From NCBI GenBank assembly GCA_951406725.2, contig OX597815.1:197966001-198030000 (forward strand): 64,000 nucleotides of DNA, written 5' to 3'. How positions within the stretch are numbered: position 1 is the stretch's first letter; each line of letters starts with the position of its first letter. This DNA comes from Octopus vulgaris (Eukaryota). Below are positions 13,676-27,100 of the stretch, piece after piece. The notes beneath the pieces are model-generated. The model worked only from the letters and a program-made list of their open reading frames with translations, was not told where the DNA came from and did not search any database. Position numbers and translations under genes: made by a program.

Positions 13676-15065
13676 CGTATGTATATATATATACGTATAT
13701 ACAAACTTATGGGTAGATAAACATAGTTCTTAATCCGATTTTCACACTTTATTTTATTTTTAGAATTTTACAATATTACATATTACAAATAATTTACTGT
13801 TCGTGACAATCGCCAAGTAAATTAACATCTGTAATGAAATGATTGAATACTTTCGTAATGAATTTCCGAGAGGTTTTAGGAAGTTGGCCCATAGAATACT
13901 ATTTTGACCAATCACTGATACTTTTGAGCGTCACAGTTTGATAAGCACCATAACACCGTTAACAGTGACATTTTCTTTTATATTATCGAAATGACTGTTA
14001 CCGATCAAACGAGCCGGTAAATTATACGAGTACCTCACAAATATACCATATATATTTTGCGTCTATATTGTGCATATATATATGCAAATTGTGACTCTGA
14101 AATATTTCTCTTATCTCAAATTTGTCTACATTTGGCATATAATATTTGTCGTAATTCCTTTCTAATGTGTTTGTACTAATCTTAGTCCTTCTGTTACTAA
14201 GGTTAGACCAATTGTTTTGCTGCTAAGACTTATTGGCATTGGAACATATGTCCAGGACTATACATTAATCTCCGGAGAGTTAGCATGTACTTTTCCTTAA
14301 TGAATTGATTATACATATAGACACGCACAGAAATATACACACGCACAGAAACACACACACACGCACGAACACGCACACACACACACACACTTATGTCAAT
14401 GAAGGAATGTATGCATGTATATATGTGCTTATCGATTTCTATTGATCCTATTGAATTCCGTATTTGTTTACGAAAGCTGTTACATGAATAAATCAATGAT
14501 CAATGATACGAATTAATGATAGCACTAATGTTTCATACGATGATGATTAAATGTAATCTTGTGCGCAAATATTTTTTTGCTTGTCTATATTATTAATTTT
14601 ATTTAACGAAATTAAAGTATTGAAAATAATTTTTCTTGTAATATCATTGCATTCTATTAGGTTTCTCATCTCGAAAATGGACAGCATCGACATAGAAAGG
14701 AATATTCAAAATAAAGTATAAGAGAATGAAATATGTATGTAGAACTTTTACTTCGTTAGTGTTGATTAGTGTCATATTCAAATGGCTGGGCGTTGTCACA
14801 CTTATTGGGTGTTGTCAATGCTACGTAATTGATACAGAGATTTCAAGTTTGCAATGAATTCGAAATGGAAGTTGTTTACAAATGATTATTTTTGTCATTT
14901 ATTTCGCATCTGATGACAACAGATCACATACATGCATATACAAATATTCAAGCATAGATATATGGGCCTAAAGTCATGCACAAAATCAGTTTAATTTGCT
15001 GTGAAATTATGTAGGGTGTGTTTCCATTTTTCTAAACCTAAATAAAATTAGTACAATACTGGTGA

Positions 15066-15278
15066 ATCTTTTTCTGCTCTAGGTACAAGGCCCGTAATTT
15101 TTGTTGTAGTGAACAGTCGATTAGATCGGCTCCATTACGCAACTCGTACTTAACTTATCGACCCCGAAAGGATAAAAGCAAGTCGACCTCGGCTGAATTT
15201 TAACTCAGAACGTAAAGACAGACGAAATACTGCTAAGCATTTCGTCCGGCGTGCTAACGATTCTGCCAGCTCACCACT
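15066..15278 (-). mobile_element. SINE family B
   Basis: Reverse complement GGTGAGCTGGCAGAATCGTTAGCACGCCGG...GAGGTCGACTT...TCGGGGTCGATAA. Confidence 0.85.
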
Positions 15279-15588
15279 TTAATAATAATGTTGAATACAC
15301 ACGCACATGCACATTATAATAAAATAATAAAAATAATAAAAATAATGTAATAAAAGTAAAATGTCAACACACGTACACACACACACATACGGACACATAT
15401 ATATTTAAAAATATACGTACATATAAGTGAATATATTCACACATATTTATATACATACACATATACCATTATGAATTTGTAATTATGTATGTATATATAT
15501 AATATTTGTCTATTTTTACAGAAACAATAGGGCTTCAAAGGACTGGAAAAGAAGTTATTAAGTGTAAATGAGACGAAGATAGGGAAAC

Positions 15589-16412
15589 ATTGGTTATAAA
15601 AAAACATTCAATTTGAGTCAACGAGTTTATATATAACACCATACCTCAACATTTAATCACATATATGTCACCAAGGTTCTTAAACTCATAAAAAATACAT
15701 ATACATAAAAACACTGAAGGTAAAATTATATATTAGAATAACAGAAAATAAAATACAAATAGAACTGCCTATCAAAAAGGTAAATAAACAACTAAAAATT
15801 CGTAAACTACCAAAGATCTAATAGACAAAGATAAAATATTTGTGCAAAGACTAAAAAAGTATTATCAAATGATTAAAAAGTAATTTTAATATCTTCACAA
15901 AAGTGCGTCCAAAGTTCATAAATAAACAGACTTCATTAATAAACAAACTTCCTCAGGTCAAATTCGCATACATCTTTAAAAAAAGTATTTTTACTGTCCT
16001 CACACAAGTACATACAAAGTTCATCAATAAACAGATTTCCACAGGTCAAATTCGCATATTTCAATAGCCATTTCGGGTGCTCAGCACCGCAGTTCAATTA
16101 CACTAATGTGCATCACGGTGATGACCTCCTCATCAGGATGAACATGAAATAGGAAACACGCACATAGCTTTTTTTTTTATCATTTTTAGAAGTTTACACA
16201 TTTTTAGTCGTTTATTTATCGTTTTGATAGGTAGTTCTATTTGTATTTGATGTTATTTTATTCGAATATATATTTTTGCCTTCTATATTTTTATGTATAT
16301 ATATTTGTTGAGTTTAAGAGCCATGGTGATATTTATACGTGATAAAATTTTTGAAGTATGGTGTTATATATAAAGACGTTGACTCAAATTTACTGTTCGT
16401 TCTATAACCAAT
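15589..16412. repeat. Diverged ~240-bp inverted repeat enclosing a hammerhead-like motif
   Basis: 15589-15830 is the reverse complement of 16168-16412 (e.g. AATTTGAGTCAACG/CGTTGACTCAAATT, AAATACAAATAGAACT/AGTTCTATTTGTATTT). Confidence 0.8.
16058..16142 (-). ncRNA. Hammerhead-like motif with an extended, branched stem II (degenerate)
   Basis: CTGATGA-GG...CATCAC-C-GTGATG...GGTGCT-G-AGCACC-C-GAAATGGCTATT; stem I is poor. Confidence 0.45.
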
Positions 16413-16784
16413 CTTTCTTTTGTCTCTCTCTACCCCTCCCTGTTTCTGTCTCTCTATCTTTCTCTATCTCTCTCTCTATGTATATATATGTTTATCTTTA
16501 CAGCCATGATATAGTGATATTATGGGTGCAAAGTTCCTATTTATACGTAATATTTAAATGATGTTTTTATCCTTTGGAAAAAAACTTTATAAACGTAATG
16601 AAGAGGCATAAAATAGTTGCGCATTAGGTTTAAAAATGATAAATGTTATTCCTTAATGACATGCATGCACAAAGAAGAAACACACAAACACATATTTATG
16701 AATGCACATACGTACATAGCTATTAATATATACATGCATACATATTCATATATACACATTTGTATATAAGCATTTATACATACA

Positions 16785-16856
<72 letters not shown>

Positions 16857-17139
16857 CACATACACACGCAACTGCATGAACACACTCACAAAAACCTATG
16901 CATATACATTTATCGTGTGTGTTTTGGGGGTATAGTCATCAAAAACAGCACAGCTGGCACCATAACGTATGGAGGGTTCTATTATTTTGCAGACATATAA
17001 CATTCAATTCTTTGATGGAATAAACAATAAGCAATGTTTCACAATCATGGCTGCAGTCTAATGATTGGAACAAGTAAAATATAAAACCTATACACACACA
17101 CGCACGCACACAGATATATGTATGTATATGTGTGTGTAG

Positions 17140-17290
17140 GTAGCATGTTTCTGTACGGTTTCTGTCAACCAAATCCACTCGCAATGCTTTAGTCAGTCCT
17201 AGACTTCATTAGAAGAAACTTGCCAAAGGTGCCATGAAGTGGGACTGAACGTGAAAGGTTATGAAACCCGTTTCTACATCGCTACGCCTG
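17140..17290 (-). mobile_element. Old SINE family A 5' fragment
   Basis: GTTTCTGTCAACCAAATCCACTC...GTGGGACTGAAC similarity to other copies. Confidence 0.7.
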
Positions 17291-17347
17291 CTTGCATAAA
17301 TAGAAGCTATTCTGTATCCATTTTGATTTTAATCAATTTATTTGGAA

Positions 17348-17742
17348 CTAGCAGTATCGCCCGGCGTTGCTCGGGTTTGTAAGGGAAATAACTATATAAG
17401 CATTTTTAGAGATGTAAAGTATAATAGCCATCTCAATTTGGCTAACCACAAAGGGGGATGTTACTGTAGCTTTTTACGTTCTGAGATTTAATAATAAATT
17501 TTTAGAGAGTTACTTCCCTTATATATGCCAAATATGCTTTAAAAATGATAAAAATTGATTGTAATTTTTTTTTTTAATCATAGATTCATCGTAGACGCGC
17601 GCTATTACCCAGAAGGGCTCGATATGAATAACGACTATAAGATACCCGGTTTTGGCTAAACTACACCGCGAAATGTGGGAGTAGTTAGGAATCTAAATCG
17701 TAGGAGACAGACAGCACACAACCTCACTTTTATATATAAAGA
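17348..17742 (-). mobile_element. Non-autonomous Helitron
   Basis: Minus strand starts TCTTTATATATAAAAG and ends CCCGAGCAACGCCGGGCGATACTGCTAG; A/T target. Confidence 0.85.
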
Positions 17743-18859
17743 TATAACTGCGAAGCGAGGTTACAGAAATGACATTTGCTGAACCTACAACACTCAAGGA
17801 TCGACCATGTGACTGCATGATTAAAATCCAAATTTGTTAACCTCTCCACCATTGTGACGTATGAGTATCCAGGCACAAACACAAGAGCGCGTACTCATAT
17901 ATACAGGAATACAGAAAATGGGTTAGTATGTAATCTTTTGAGCATTTGTCATTATATTTTTATATCTTTTTATATTTAGTTAAAGCATGTTGTTGAACAG
18001 AAGCAAAGTTCACAAGCAATCAATATGAAAAATAAATAATTCAAATACTTCTCATCATATGCAAAACAATTCTACTATTGCAGGTTTACATATAATGAGT
18101 ACATAATAAATACAAATGTATTTAACAACAGCTATATTTTCATATAGTTTATATTTCGTATTTCACTCCGCTATACACACGTATGTACATATGTATATAC
18201 ATACATACACACACAAGCACAAACACACAAACACACACACAGACACAAACACATATATATGTATGTATGTATATATACGTATGCATGTGTGTAATCAGGA
18301 TTATTTGGCAATGCATAAATATGATTACATAAACAAAACCTAAACGCCTATACGCGTGTTCCGGTGTGAGAATTTCCATGCGCGTGTGTCTGTGTAGAAA
18401 GTTGTAAGTACACGATTATATGGGCGTTGTGAAATCTACTTAATTGATAAGGTCGGATTTTATGATGTATTCAACTATAAATTGAGCCATATTCGAATAA
18501 TGTACAACTTTATTTTATTTACAAAGCAAAGTTTATGAATTTCCTAAACGTATTCATTATAAAACTGTGATATATCATAAAAAGTTAAATCAATACAGCA
18601 TGTAAGTCCTTAATTACGATAGATATTGCATTCTAATACGAATGTAGGACATTGAAGTTTACAATCATAGCTTTATTGATGCCAGGAGAATTCTTGCACA
18701 TTTTTATACACATGTATATATATATATGTATACACACGTCAATATGTTACATATGAATACACACAAATATAGACATAAGTAAAGTACACACATATGCACA
18801 AGCACACACACATATTATTATACACATAAACGCACATATATCTATCTTTCAATCTATTT

Positions 18860-19005
18860 ATCTATCTGTGATACTTTATGCTAAAGAGTTCAGGCTCGAA
18901 ACGTAAAATACTTTCTCACCTTCCCAAGAGTCAATCTAATACACCTGCTTCTTGTTTATACGCTAGTCTTTCGCTTTTTTTTTTCGAAAATTTCAATTAT
19001 ATTCA
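18860..19005 (+). mobile_element. Degenerate copy of the U6-hammerhead family
   Basis: GAGTTCAGGCTCGAAACGTAAAA...CTAATACACCTG; lies tail-to-tail with 19062-19300 across (TA)n. Confidence 0.6.
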
Positions 19006-19019
19006 ACCATGCATAATAA

Positions 19020-19061
<42 letters not shown>

Positions 19062-19065
<4 letters not shown>

Positions 19066-19300
19066 CGGGAAGCTTTATGAAAATAGACAAAAGACGAAGG
19101 CAGGTGGAAAACAAACGAACAATTGTATTAGTATGGCGCTCAGGAAATATAAATAAAACAAGTCTTTAACGTTTCGAGCCTACGCTCTTCAACAGAAAGA
19201 TACACAGAGAGAAAAAAAAACACAGAAAGAAGGAGAGAAAAACAATGCGTGCAGTAGTTAACGAATCAACATTGCGATCTGATTTCGGCCAGAGGTCAAA
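19062..19300 (-). mobile_element. (TA)n-anchored Penelope-like non-autonomous element (U6-hammerhead family)
   Basis: Shares GACGAAG(G/A)CAGGT...GTATTAGT...CGCTCAGGAA...TTTCGAGCCTACGCTC with the copies at 19453, 23898 and 56595. Confidence 0.75.
19163..19200 (-). ncRNA. Hammerhead-like motif with CUGUUGA core (U at position 6)
   Basis: TCTTT-CTGTTGA-A-GAGC-GTAG-GCTC-GAAAC-GTT^AAAGA; stems I and II pair perfectly. Confidence 0.65.
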
Positions 19301-19452
19301 GATCAAACATGAGACGCGAGAGCGAAATAAGGGGAGATAATAGGGTTGATAATAGGGTTGAAGGACCAGCTAATAGTGCGTAGGAGGGGTCTGGACGTGT
19401 GTATGTATAGGGTTGGTGTATGTATATATATATATATATAAATATATATATA

Positions 19453-19650
19453 TAGGGAGGGGAGAGTTAACGAAAAAAACAAAATATGAAGGCAGGTGGT
19501 GTACAAAACAAATAGATGTATCAGTATAACGCTCAGGAATAGAAAAAGCATTTCACATTTCGAGCCTACACTCTTCTACAAAAAGGAACATAGAAAAAGA
19601 CAAGGAGAGAAACTAGGTGAGAAAAAACCTGTGTAGTGTCTACCGATCTA
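19453..19650 (-). mobile_element. U6-hammerhead family copy (degenerate)
   Basis: CCTTT-TTGTAGA-A-GAGTGTAGGCTC-GAAATGTG; abuts (TA)n. Confidence 0.7.
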
Positions 19651-20061
19651 TATATATTTACATATATATCTATGTATGTGTATAGAAACATTATGTGTTC
19701 GTGTGTGTGTGTGTGTGTGTACATAAATGCGCATTCTCACAAACACATGTTCCTGCATGCGTAGTAAGACGATAGTTTTATATTCCCTCATACTAAATGG
19801 GAGTTTTAAATCTTGCTTTATTTGAATACATTTCCTCAACAGCCAACTTCTTCGAACATTTCGTATGAACATTTGGTCCAAATATTCTTCATTATTTCGC
19901 TGACCATGTATTATCATCATTTAGAGGAAGGCTACTTATGTTACTGTATAACTGTATACGCATAACGTATTAAACATACACATTCATACGCTCGCATGTT
20001 TTCTTATAACCAAAGACAGAAACATAGAGCTATAAATATGTGTGTATATATATATATATAT

Positions 20062-20260
20062 AGAGTATTAAATAAGGGTAGAAATTGATATTAATCAATT
20101 AAAACCAGTGGCTTAGCATATTATAAAAAATCTGAAGATTAAAAATTGTTTTACATACAAAATTTAGAGGAGTGACCACTAAAAGTGGACAGCTTTTATG
20201 ATAAACATAGACGTCAAATCGCCATTACCATGGGTTCTCAAGAAACATCTCAGCAAAAAA
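20062..20260 (+). repeat. (TA)n-anchored interspersed repeat, same family as 38529-38815
   Basis: GGGTAGAAATTGATATTAATC...AAAACCAGTGGC...TACAAAATTTAGAGGA(G/C)TGACCACTAAA shared. Confidence 0.75.
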
Positions 20261-20424
20261 ACAAAATGTAAAAATAAGCAAGTCAAATGAAAATATACGA
20301 AATATAAAACAGACGGGCTCCCTTATGCGAAGGCGTGAGTTTATGTAATAATCTATATAGGGAAAACTCTAGAAGGGCCTTGTTCTGCATTGAGTGTTAT
20401 ATAAATGAGGACCAGTTATATAAA

Positions 20425-20795
20425 TTTCGGACTAGTTGCAGCAATAGCCTAAGGTTTAAAAGGCCGCAACACTTCAATGCCCTACCACAAAAGTTGAGAA
20501 ACCTAGATAATATGGATGTACATGTTTTCAAAATGGGAACTAGTCATCCTCTTCTCCACAATGCCAGATGAACCGACTGCCCAGTATGAGATACTGCACA
20601 CGGCAGCGAATTCAAACTCCCTCATTCCACAAACGAGCTAAAGGCTGCGATAAAAACAGATACAGGAGTGGTGATGTGAAATCCCCAGGTTAAGGAAATC
20701 AGCCGAAGGGTAATCATAAGTAATGTGCAAAACCACGATGGAGCTCCGCATGACAGCAGCCGTATGGCTGAAGAGAACGAAAGAACAAAAGAATT
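20425..20795 (+). mobile_element. CR1/L2-group LINE 3' end (ORF2 C-terminus and tail)
   Basis: NSLRFKRPQHFNALPQKLRNLDNMDVHVFK, then in a shifted frame MPDEPTAQ...AANSNSL; ends in a SINE-A-like tail and an AAAGAA repeat. Confidence 0.7.
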
Positions 20796-21225
20796 ATATA
20801 TGTAAGTTTATTAATATATTGTATATCTTATGATGTACTGAGGTATGGTGCAGACGTATGACAGCTATTTACATTGGAGTTACAGCACGCAGCATAGGAG
20901 AGCATATTGTTGGGCACTGGGGCGCGCTAAAAGAAGAAAAAAGGCTCGTCAGCGCCACACCAACATGATCAAGCAGAACATAGAGGCTCAATCAGTAGCA
21001 TAGAGGTCAAAGGATTAACAAGGAATAGAATTAAGCCGACACTTAGTAAGATCTCAGAAGCTACACACATAGAAACAGACATACATAGCCTTAACAGAAA
21101 ACACGAATGAATCAATAACATCCACCACCACAGCACACAACTTAACGAATAAAGACTGAATGGAGCAAAAAACAAGAGAAAAGTAGATACAAACAGCGTG
21201 ATACACATACAATAGAAATATATGC

Positions 21226-21403
21226 ACATACCTATGAAAAAATGTCTATGTGGTAAGAAGCTTGCTCACGAACCACATGGTTCCGGGTTCAGTCCCACTA
21301 CGTGGAACCTAGGGCAACTGCCTTCTACTATAGCCTCGGGCCGACCAAAGCCTTCTGAGTGGATTTGGTCGACGGAAACTGAAAAATGCCCGTTGTATAT
21401 ATG

Positions 21404-21439
<36 letters not shown>

Positions 21440-21660
21440 CGTGTATATGTTTGTGTGCTTGTGTTTGTTCCGCCACCATCTCTTGACAATCGATGTTGGT
21501 GTGTTTACGTCCACGTAACTTTACGGTTCAGCAAAAGAAACCGTTGGAATAAACACTAGGCTTACAAAGATTAAGTCCTGGGTTCGATTTGTTGCACTAA
21601 AGGCGGTGCTCCAGCATGGCCACAGTCAAATGACTGAAACAAATGACTGAGTAAAGAGTA
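21226..21660 (+). mobile_element. SINE family A
   Basis: GTGGTAAGAAGCTTGC...GGGTTCAGTCCCAC...GGCGGTGCTCCAGCATGGCC tail. Confidence 0.9.
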
Positions 21661-21999
21661 CATACAAAAACTATATAAAGGGCACGGATACAAACAACGT
21701 AGGAAGCGAACTCATATACACACACAAACAAACATACAGTAATTTCACAGGCGGTGGCAACCATATCGGCAACACGACTAACAACAAGGCAGCAACAAAA
21801 ACAACAGCAATAACAAGGTGTAACACGATGGCAGAAGCGTGGACGGACACAAAAACATTGAGTTAGAAGGGCGGTACAAAATATCGGGTACAAGAGCAGT
21901 AGCAGCGGTAACTGTGTAGGGAACAGAGGTAAAGAGAGAGTCATAGTGATATTGAGAATAATGACACATACACGCACAAGCGCACGCACACACACACAC

Positions 22000-22031
<32 letters not shown>

Positions 22032-22249
22032 GGATAAACATATAAGTATACACAAAGAGGTACTGAATAGAATAAGCGGAGCAAGAGCACACACAAAGAT
22101 GGAAAACTTCACTGAGGAAGTCCGGACAATGGACATGAGTAAAATAAGAACAGGAATAAACGAATGAAGAACGAATAGAGAGTGCATATATTTATTTGAC
22201 AAAAGAAAGAAAATAAAATAAAACTCACCATACCGAAATACGTGGGGGC

Positions 22250-22728
22250 AAGTATTTTGTGGTCAGGGTGTTAGCATCATGATCGTAAGATTGTGGTTTC
22301 GATTCCTGGACCGGGCGACGCATTGTGTTCTTGAGCAAAACACTTCATTTCACGTTGCTCCAGTCCACTCAGCTGGCAAAAATGAGTAACGCTGCGATGT
22401 ACTGGAGTCCCGTCCAGCTGGGGAACACATACGCCATTGAAACCGGAAAACCGGGCCCATGAGCCTGGTTAGTGGAGGCGCGTGGCTTAGGGGTTAGGGT
22501 GTCAGCACCATGATCGTAGGATTGTGGTTTCGATTCCTGGACCTGGGGACGCATTGTGTTCTTGAGCAAAACACTTCATTTCACGTTGCTCCAGTCCACT
22601 TAGCTGGCAAAAATGAGTAACACTGCGATGGACTGGAGAACAGTCCAGCTGGGAAACACATACGCCATTGAAACCGGGTAACCGGGCCCATGTGCCTGGC
22701 TAGGCTTTCAAAAAGGGTGAATTCATTA
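22250..22728 (+). mobile_element. Head-to-tail dimer of tRNA-derived SINE family C
   Basis: Two ~240-bp units (second starts ~22473) with GGTTTCGATTCC B box, GTTCTTGAGCAAAACAC and TGCGATG(G/T)ACTGG. Confidence 0.9.
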
Positions 22729-23193
22729 GTTATACTTTATACCGAAATACAATAATATCTGTTTCAACACACGGCTTTACATCAGGAATCTTGCAACACA
22801 AATTCACACTCGCACACAAACACAAACACATACACACAAACACACACACACTCACATATTTATATGAAGCATTTTAGTGAGATATTCAGTGTTTCGCCAC
22901 CGAAGTTGTTTCATTAAATTATATCTTCAACAGTATTTTCTTTTTCCTGATATGTATTCATAGATTATTATGTTGTTTCTAGTGGCAACACTAATTGCAT
23001 TTATACATCCCTCTGAAACACAGATAATATCCACATTCAATTGGTGTCGACAAATAATTATAAGCAGATAAATAGAAATATGTTAAAATTCAATCAAACA
23101 AACATTGGTGCGTTCTCACAAACAATCAACACCGCAATTTTTTAATGCATTTAAGTATGTTATGTACCGATGCATATATTTTATATGTTCTTG

Positions 23194-23253
<60 letters not shown>

Positions 23254-23759
23254 TGTGTGTGTGTGTATGTGTGTATGTGTGTATATATATTTACAAGAAC
23301 ATATATATATATACATGTATGTGTGTATGTATGCTTGTGTGTGCATGTTTGTCGGTGTTGGTAAGTATATGCGTATATGATTTTGTTGTTTTCGCATACA
23401 TTTTGGAATTCAAGAGATTTTTTTTTTTACTTTTGTATAATTAGGTGGCTCTGTGTTTATGAAAATGTAAAATAGGCTTCAGATAATGAGTGCGTTGAAA
23501 TGTATTTTTTTCATAGAACATCATATTGATTAAATCAGTGAAGTAAAGAATAACAGCCGTTCTATATCAATTTTACGTATTTGACTTTCGATTAAATGCG
23601 AAGTTTAATGTCTTGATTGGCTGGTGACGTGAAAGAGATGTACTAATATACTAAAGATTTTATGTTGCATGATGTTACTAATAAACATATGAATGTTCTG
23701 GAGCAATTACCCAAAAGAAAATGTTACATATACATATAAATACATATATACATATATAT

Positions 23760-24130
<371 letters not shown>

Positions 24131-27100
24131 AAATTAAATTGAGATAATAATGGTAATCCGGCAGGTGAGTAAGGGCGTGTGTCTACGCGAGAATGGTGTG
24201 TGTGAGTATGTCTCTGTGAATGGAGACAAGTACGAATGAATGTATGTGTGAGCGAGTTTAAAATTATGTGGGCCTGTGTGCGTATATGGTGTATAAGTAA
24301 ACAAGTGCGTACTTTTTGTTCAGTGATGTCTGTTTATGTATGGTGTGTATGTGTGTGTGCGTGTGCATTTTGACCTTGTGCATATCTGTGGGGTTATCAT
24401 GTATGTGTGCATATGCGTGTTTGTGTATGGAAGTGCATGGCCTGTGTGCGTGTATGAGAGAGCTTGCGTGTGTGTACAAATAAAATGTTGCATGTTGTGT
24501 GGGGTGATGTGCGGTTTGTGTATCTGTGTGTATGTGAGTACATATAGACGTGTCTAAATGCGTGCTATACTATTGTGCTTGTGTATGTGTGAGTATGTTA
24601 TGTGTGTGTGTGCATACGCGCGTGCGTGCAAACGCTTGCGTTTCGCAGTTGATTGTTTCCTTTCAGCTTCTCTTCTTTGTAATCACCTATATTTTATCTT
24701 CAGGTAACAATAGTCGGGCCTCAACTGCTGCTCATGAGATGTCTTACTCAGCTAAGAGCCTGCCTCATTTGACAGACAAGTCCTCTTCACGCATTTATCG
24801 TCTAGCATTGGAATTCGACTATTCACGGTTTTTGGTGGGAATTTCAAAGTAGTTAGTTCGTTTTCCATTTCCACCTCAGCGTAATGGTGGTATTTAGGGT
24901 TATTATAAACGACCATCACTACCTCAGGATCTGCTGTTGTCCATAATTTAAGAATCATCGGCTAAGACAATACTGCAAAATTGCTGCCTGGTGTAGAGAA
25001 TGGTTTGGCATAGTTAAAGGCGGTATACAATGCCTATACCTCAGCATCGTTCTTTTTAATGATCATGTTAGTGCTTTGCCAACAGCATCAGGTGCTCTGT
25101 TACTGCCGTAGTTCTTCTTTCATTCCTATTTTATGGCATGCAGAACATACGTAGGAAGTATTATTTTTAAGCCGCATCCCTAGGCCGAAGTATGGAACAA
25201 TATGGGCAAACATTCCTGGTCATATATTTTCTAATATAAAGATATCTCAAGCTGAATATTATATGTTGTTTCATAAATTTAATAGTTATTTATGCATGGT
25301 AATATTGAGTCCTGAGTTATAAGGGAACATCATAAACGATTACTTTTAGAGACAAGACAACAATATTTTTACTACATGCAGGAAAATAATATCTTGCCTC
25401 TACACGTTTGTTTCCTAAAAATGCACGCATAATATGCGAACCAGCGAAAGCCTCTGAATTTGCACGGTTCATGTCTTTGGTTTTACTTTTTATTATCGAT
25501 ATATTTTCTTATAAGGGTATCAATGTACATTGACATTGTATATATATGTTAACTTTCAGTGATGTAGCTATCCCAAACAGATATTTCTTTGTAAATGATA
25601 TTTCCATACAGAAAGCTATTTTCCCTAATACTACTAGTAATATTTTCATGAGAAACCATCTATATTGATATTTACATAAATTTCATACACATCCTATTAG
25701 AGATCTATAAATGAGCTTGAGAAAATATGTTTACATAAATATTATAGATCATTAAAGGACCTTAGTAATAATGGCTAACAACCTTTTAACGACCGATAGC
25801 ATAAAATACTGAAGAAAAGCAAGAAATATATTGATGAGGAAACTAAATAAGTCTTAGTCAAGTTCATCGTATGTAAAATATCTACCAACATCGTTTAGAG
25901 GAAGTACCTATCATGCTGAGTAGGGGAGCTGAGGGGCAATATTCATCGTGAGAATATTAGAACTCGGAGCAACAAAAAAATAGAAGAAAAAATGTAAGTA
26001 CAAAGAATTTTAAGCAACTTGTAACTGATTAACACTTACGATGCTTTGTGATATATTGTAAAAGAAAAAAGACAAATATTAAAAATGAGATTCCAGTAAA
26101 CATTTTTGGTATAATGACTGTCAGGCTGTTGAAAATGAAACGACAAAACAATTGCCACAAGCGAATATGCTAGTTCTAAAATCTTTCTAAGAGTCAGTTT
26201 GGACAAATCAGCGCTAAACGTATTGTGCGAAGTATAAGAGAGGATGATGTCAGAAGTATAATTAGTCTAGAGAGATAAACATATTAAATTTTCGTAGCGT
26301 AGGAAAACAATTTGTCATTTATGAAAACGAATGTCGAAACCATATACACAGAAGTGGGTATAAAAGCAAAATATCATTTCTGTAAGAGAAACAGAACATT
26401 TCTTCTGTAATTGTTGGTAATCATATACAATCTCCTAAATGGTTACGTTCAGAAATTATCAATAGATTTCAAATGATTAAGATAAAAATAAAATGATAAT
26501 ACAATTATCATATAGTAATTAGTATGAGGCTTTCTAACATCAACCACTGAATGAGACGGCTGGCTAATTTTATGATCTTAATGAATACGCATTGCTTTAC
26601 AGTAAGATATTCAGCAGAGGAATTAGGATACTTTTATGGCGTTATAATATTATCAAAAGTGAGAAATGAGAGATTACTGCATGAGGACAATGATTATGCA
26701 CAGTAGAAACTAACTGATAATTGAACAGAGAAGTATGCAACGCATTATGCGTCTGTTACATCTGGTTATGTCGTATGCGACATGGGCTTTGAACATGGAA
26801 TGTTGAAAATTGAATTTGGAATTATTTCTTTGATGATAATTGTAGCTGTTGCTCTTCAAGGTCTATTCTTCATTTTGTCACATCAGTATTCATTCGCTGT
26901 GCACAATACTTCACGTGTATCTTCACATCAAATATTTATTTTATCCCTTGAAATTGCCTTGTTGTTCAATTTCCTACAACGTTTTATGCTATATTCAAAT
27001 ATAAGAAATTTGCCACTTCAGCCTATGAGTACCAGATGTACTTGGGTTTCCATTATCTTATCTTTGTGTGTTATTGAAAATACTAACACCGCGTCAATCA

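Noticed and set aside
22108-22140. CTGAGGA-A-GTCC...GGAC half-hammerhead
   Set aside because: Followed by ATGAG rather than GAAA, with no stem I or III; at best a truncated relic
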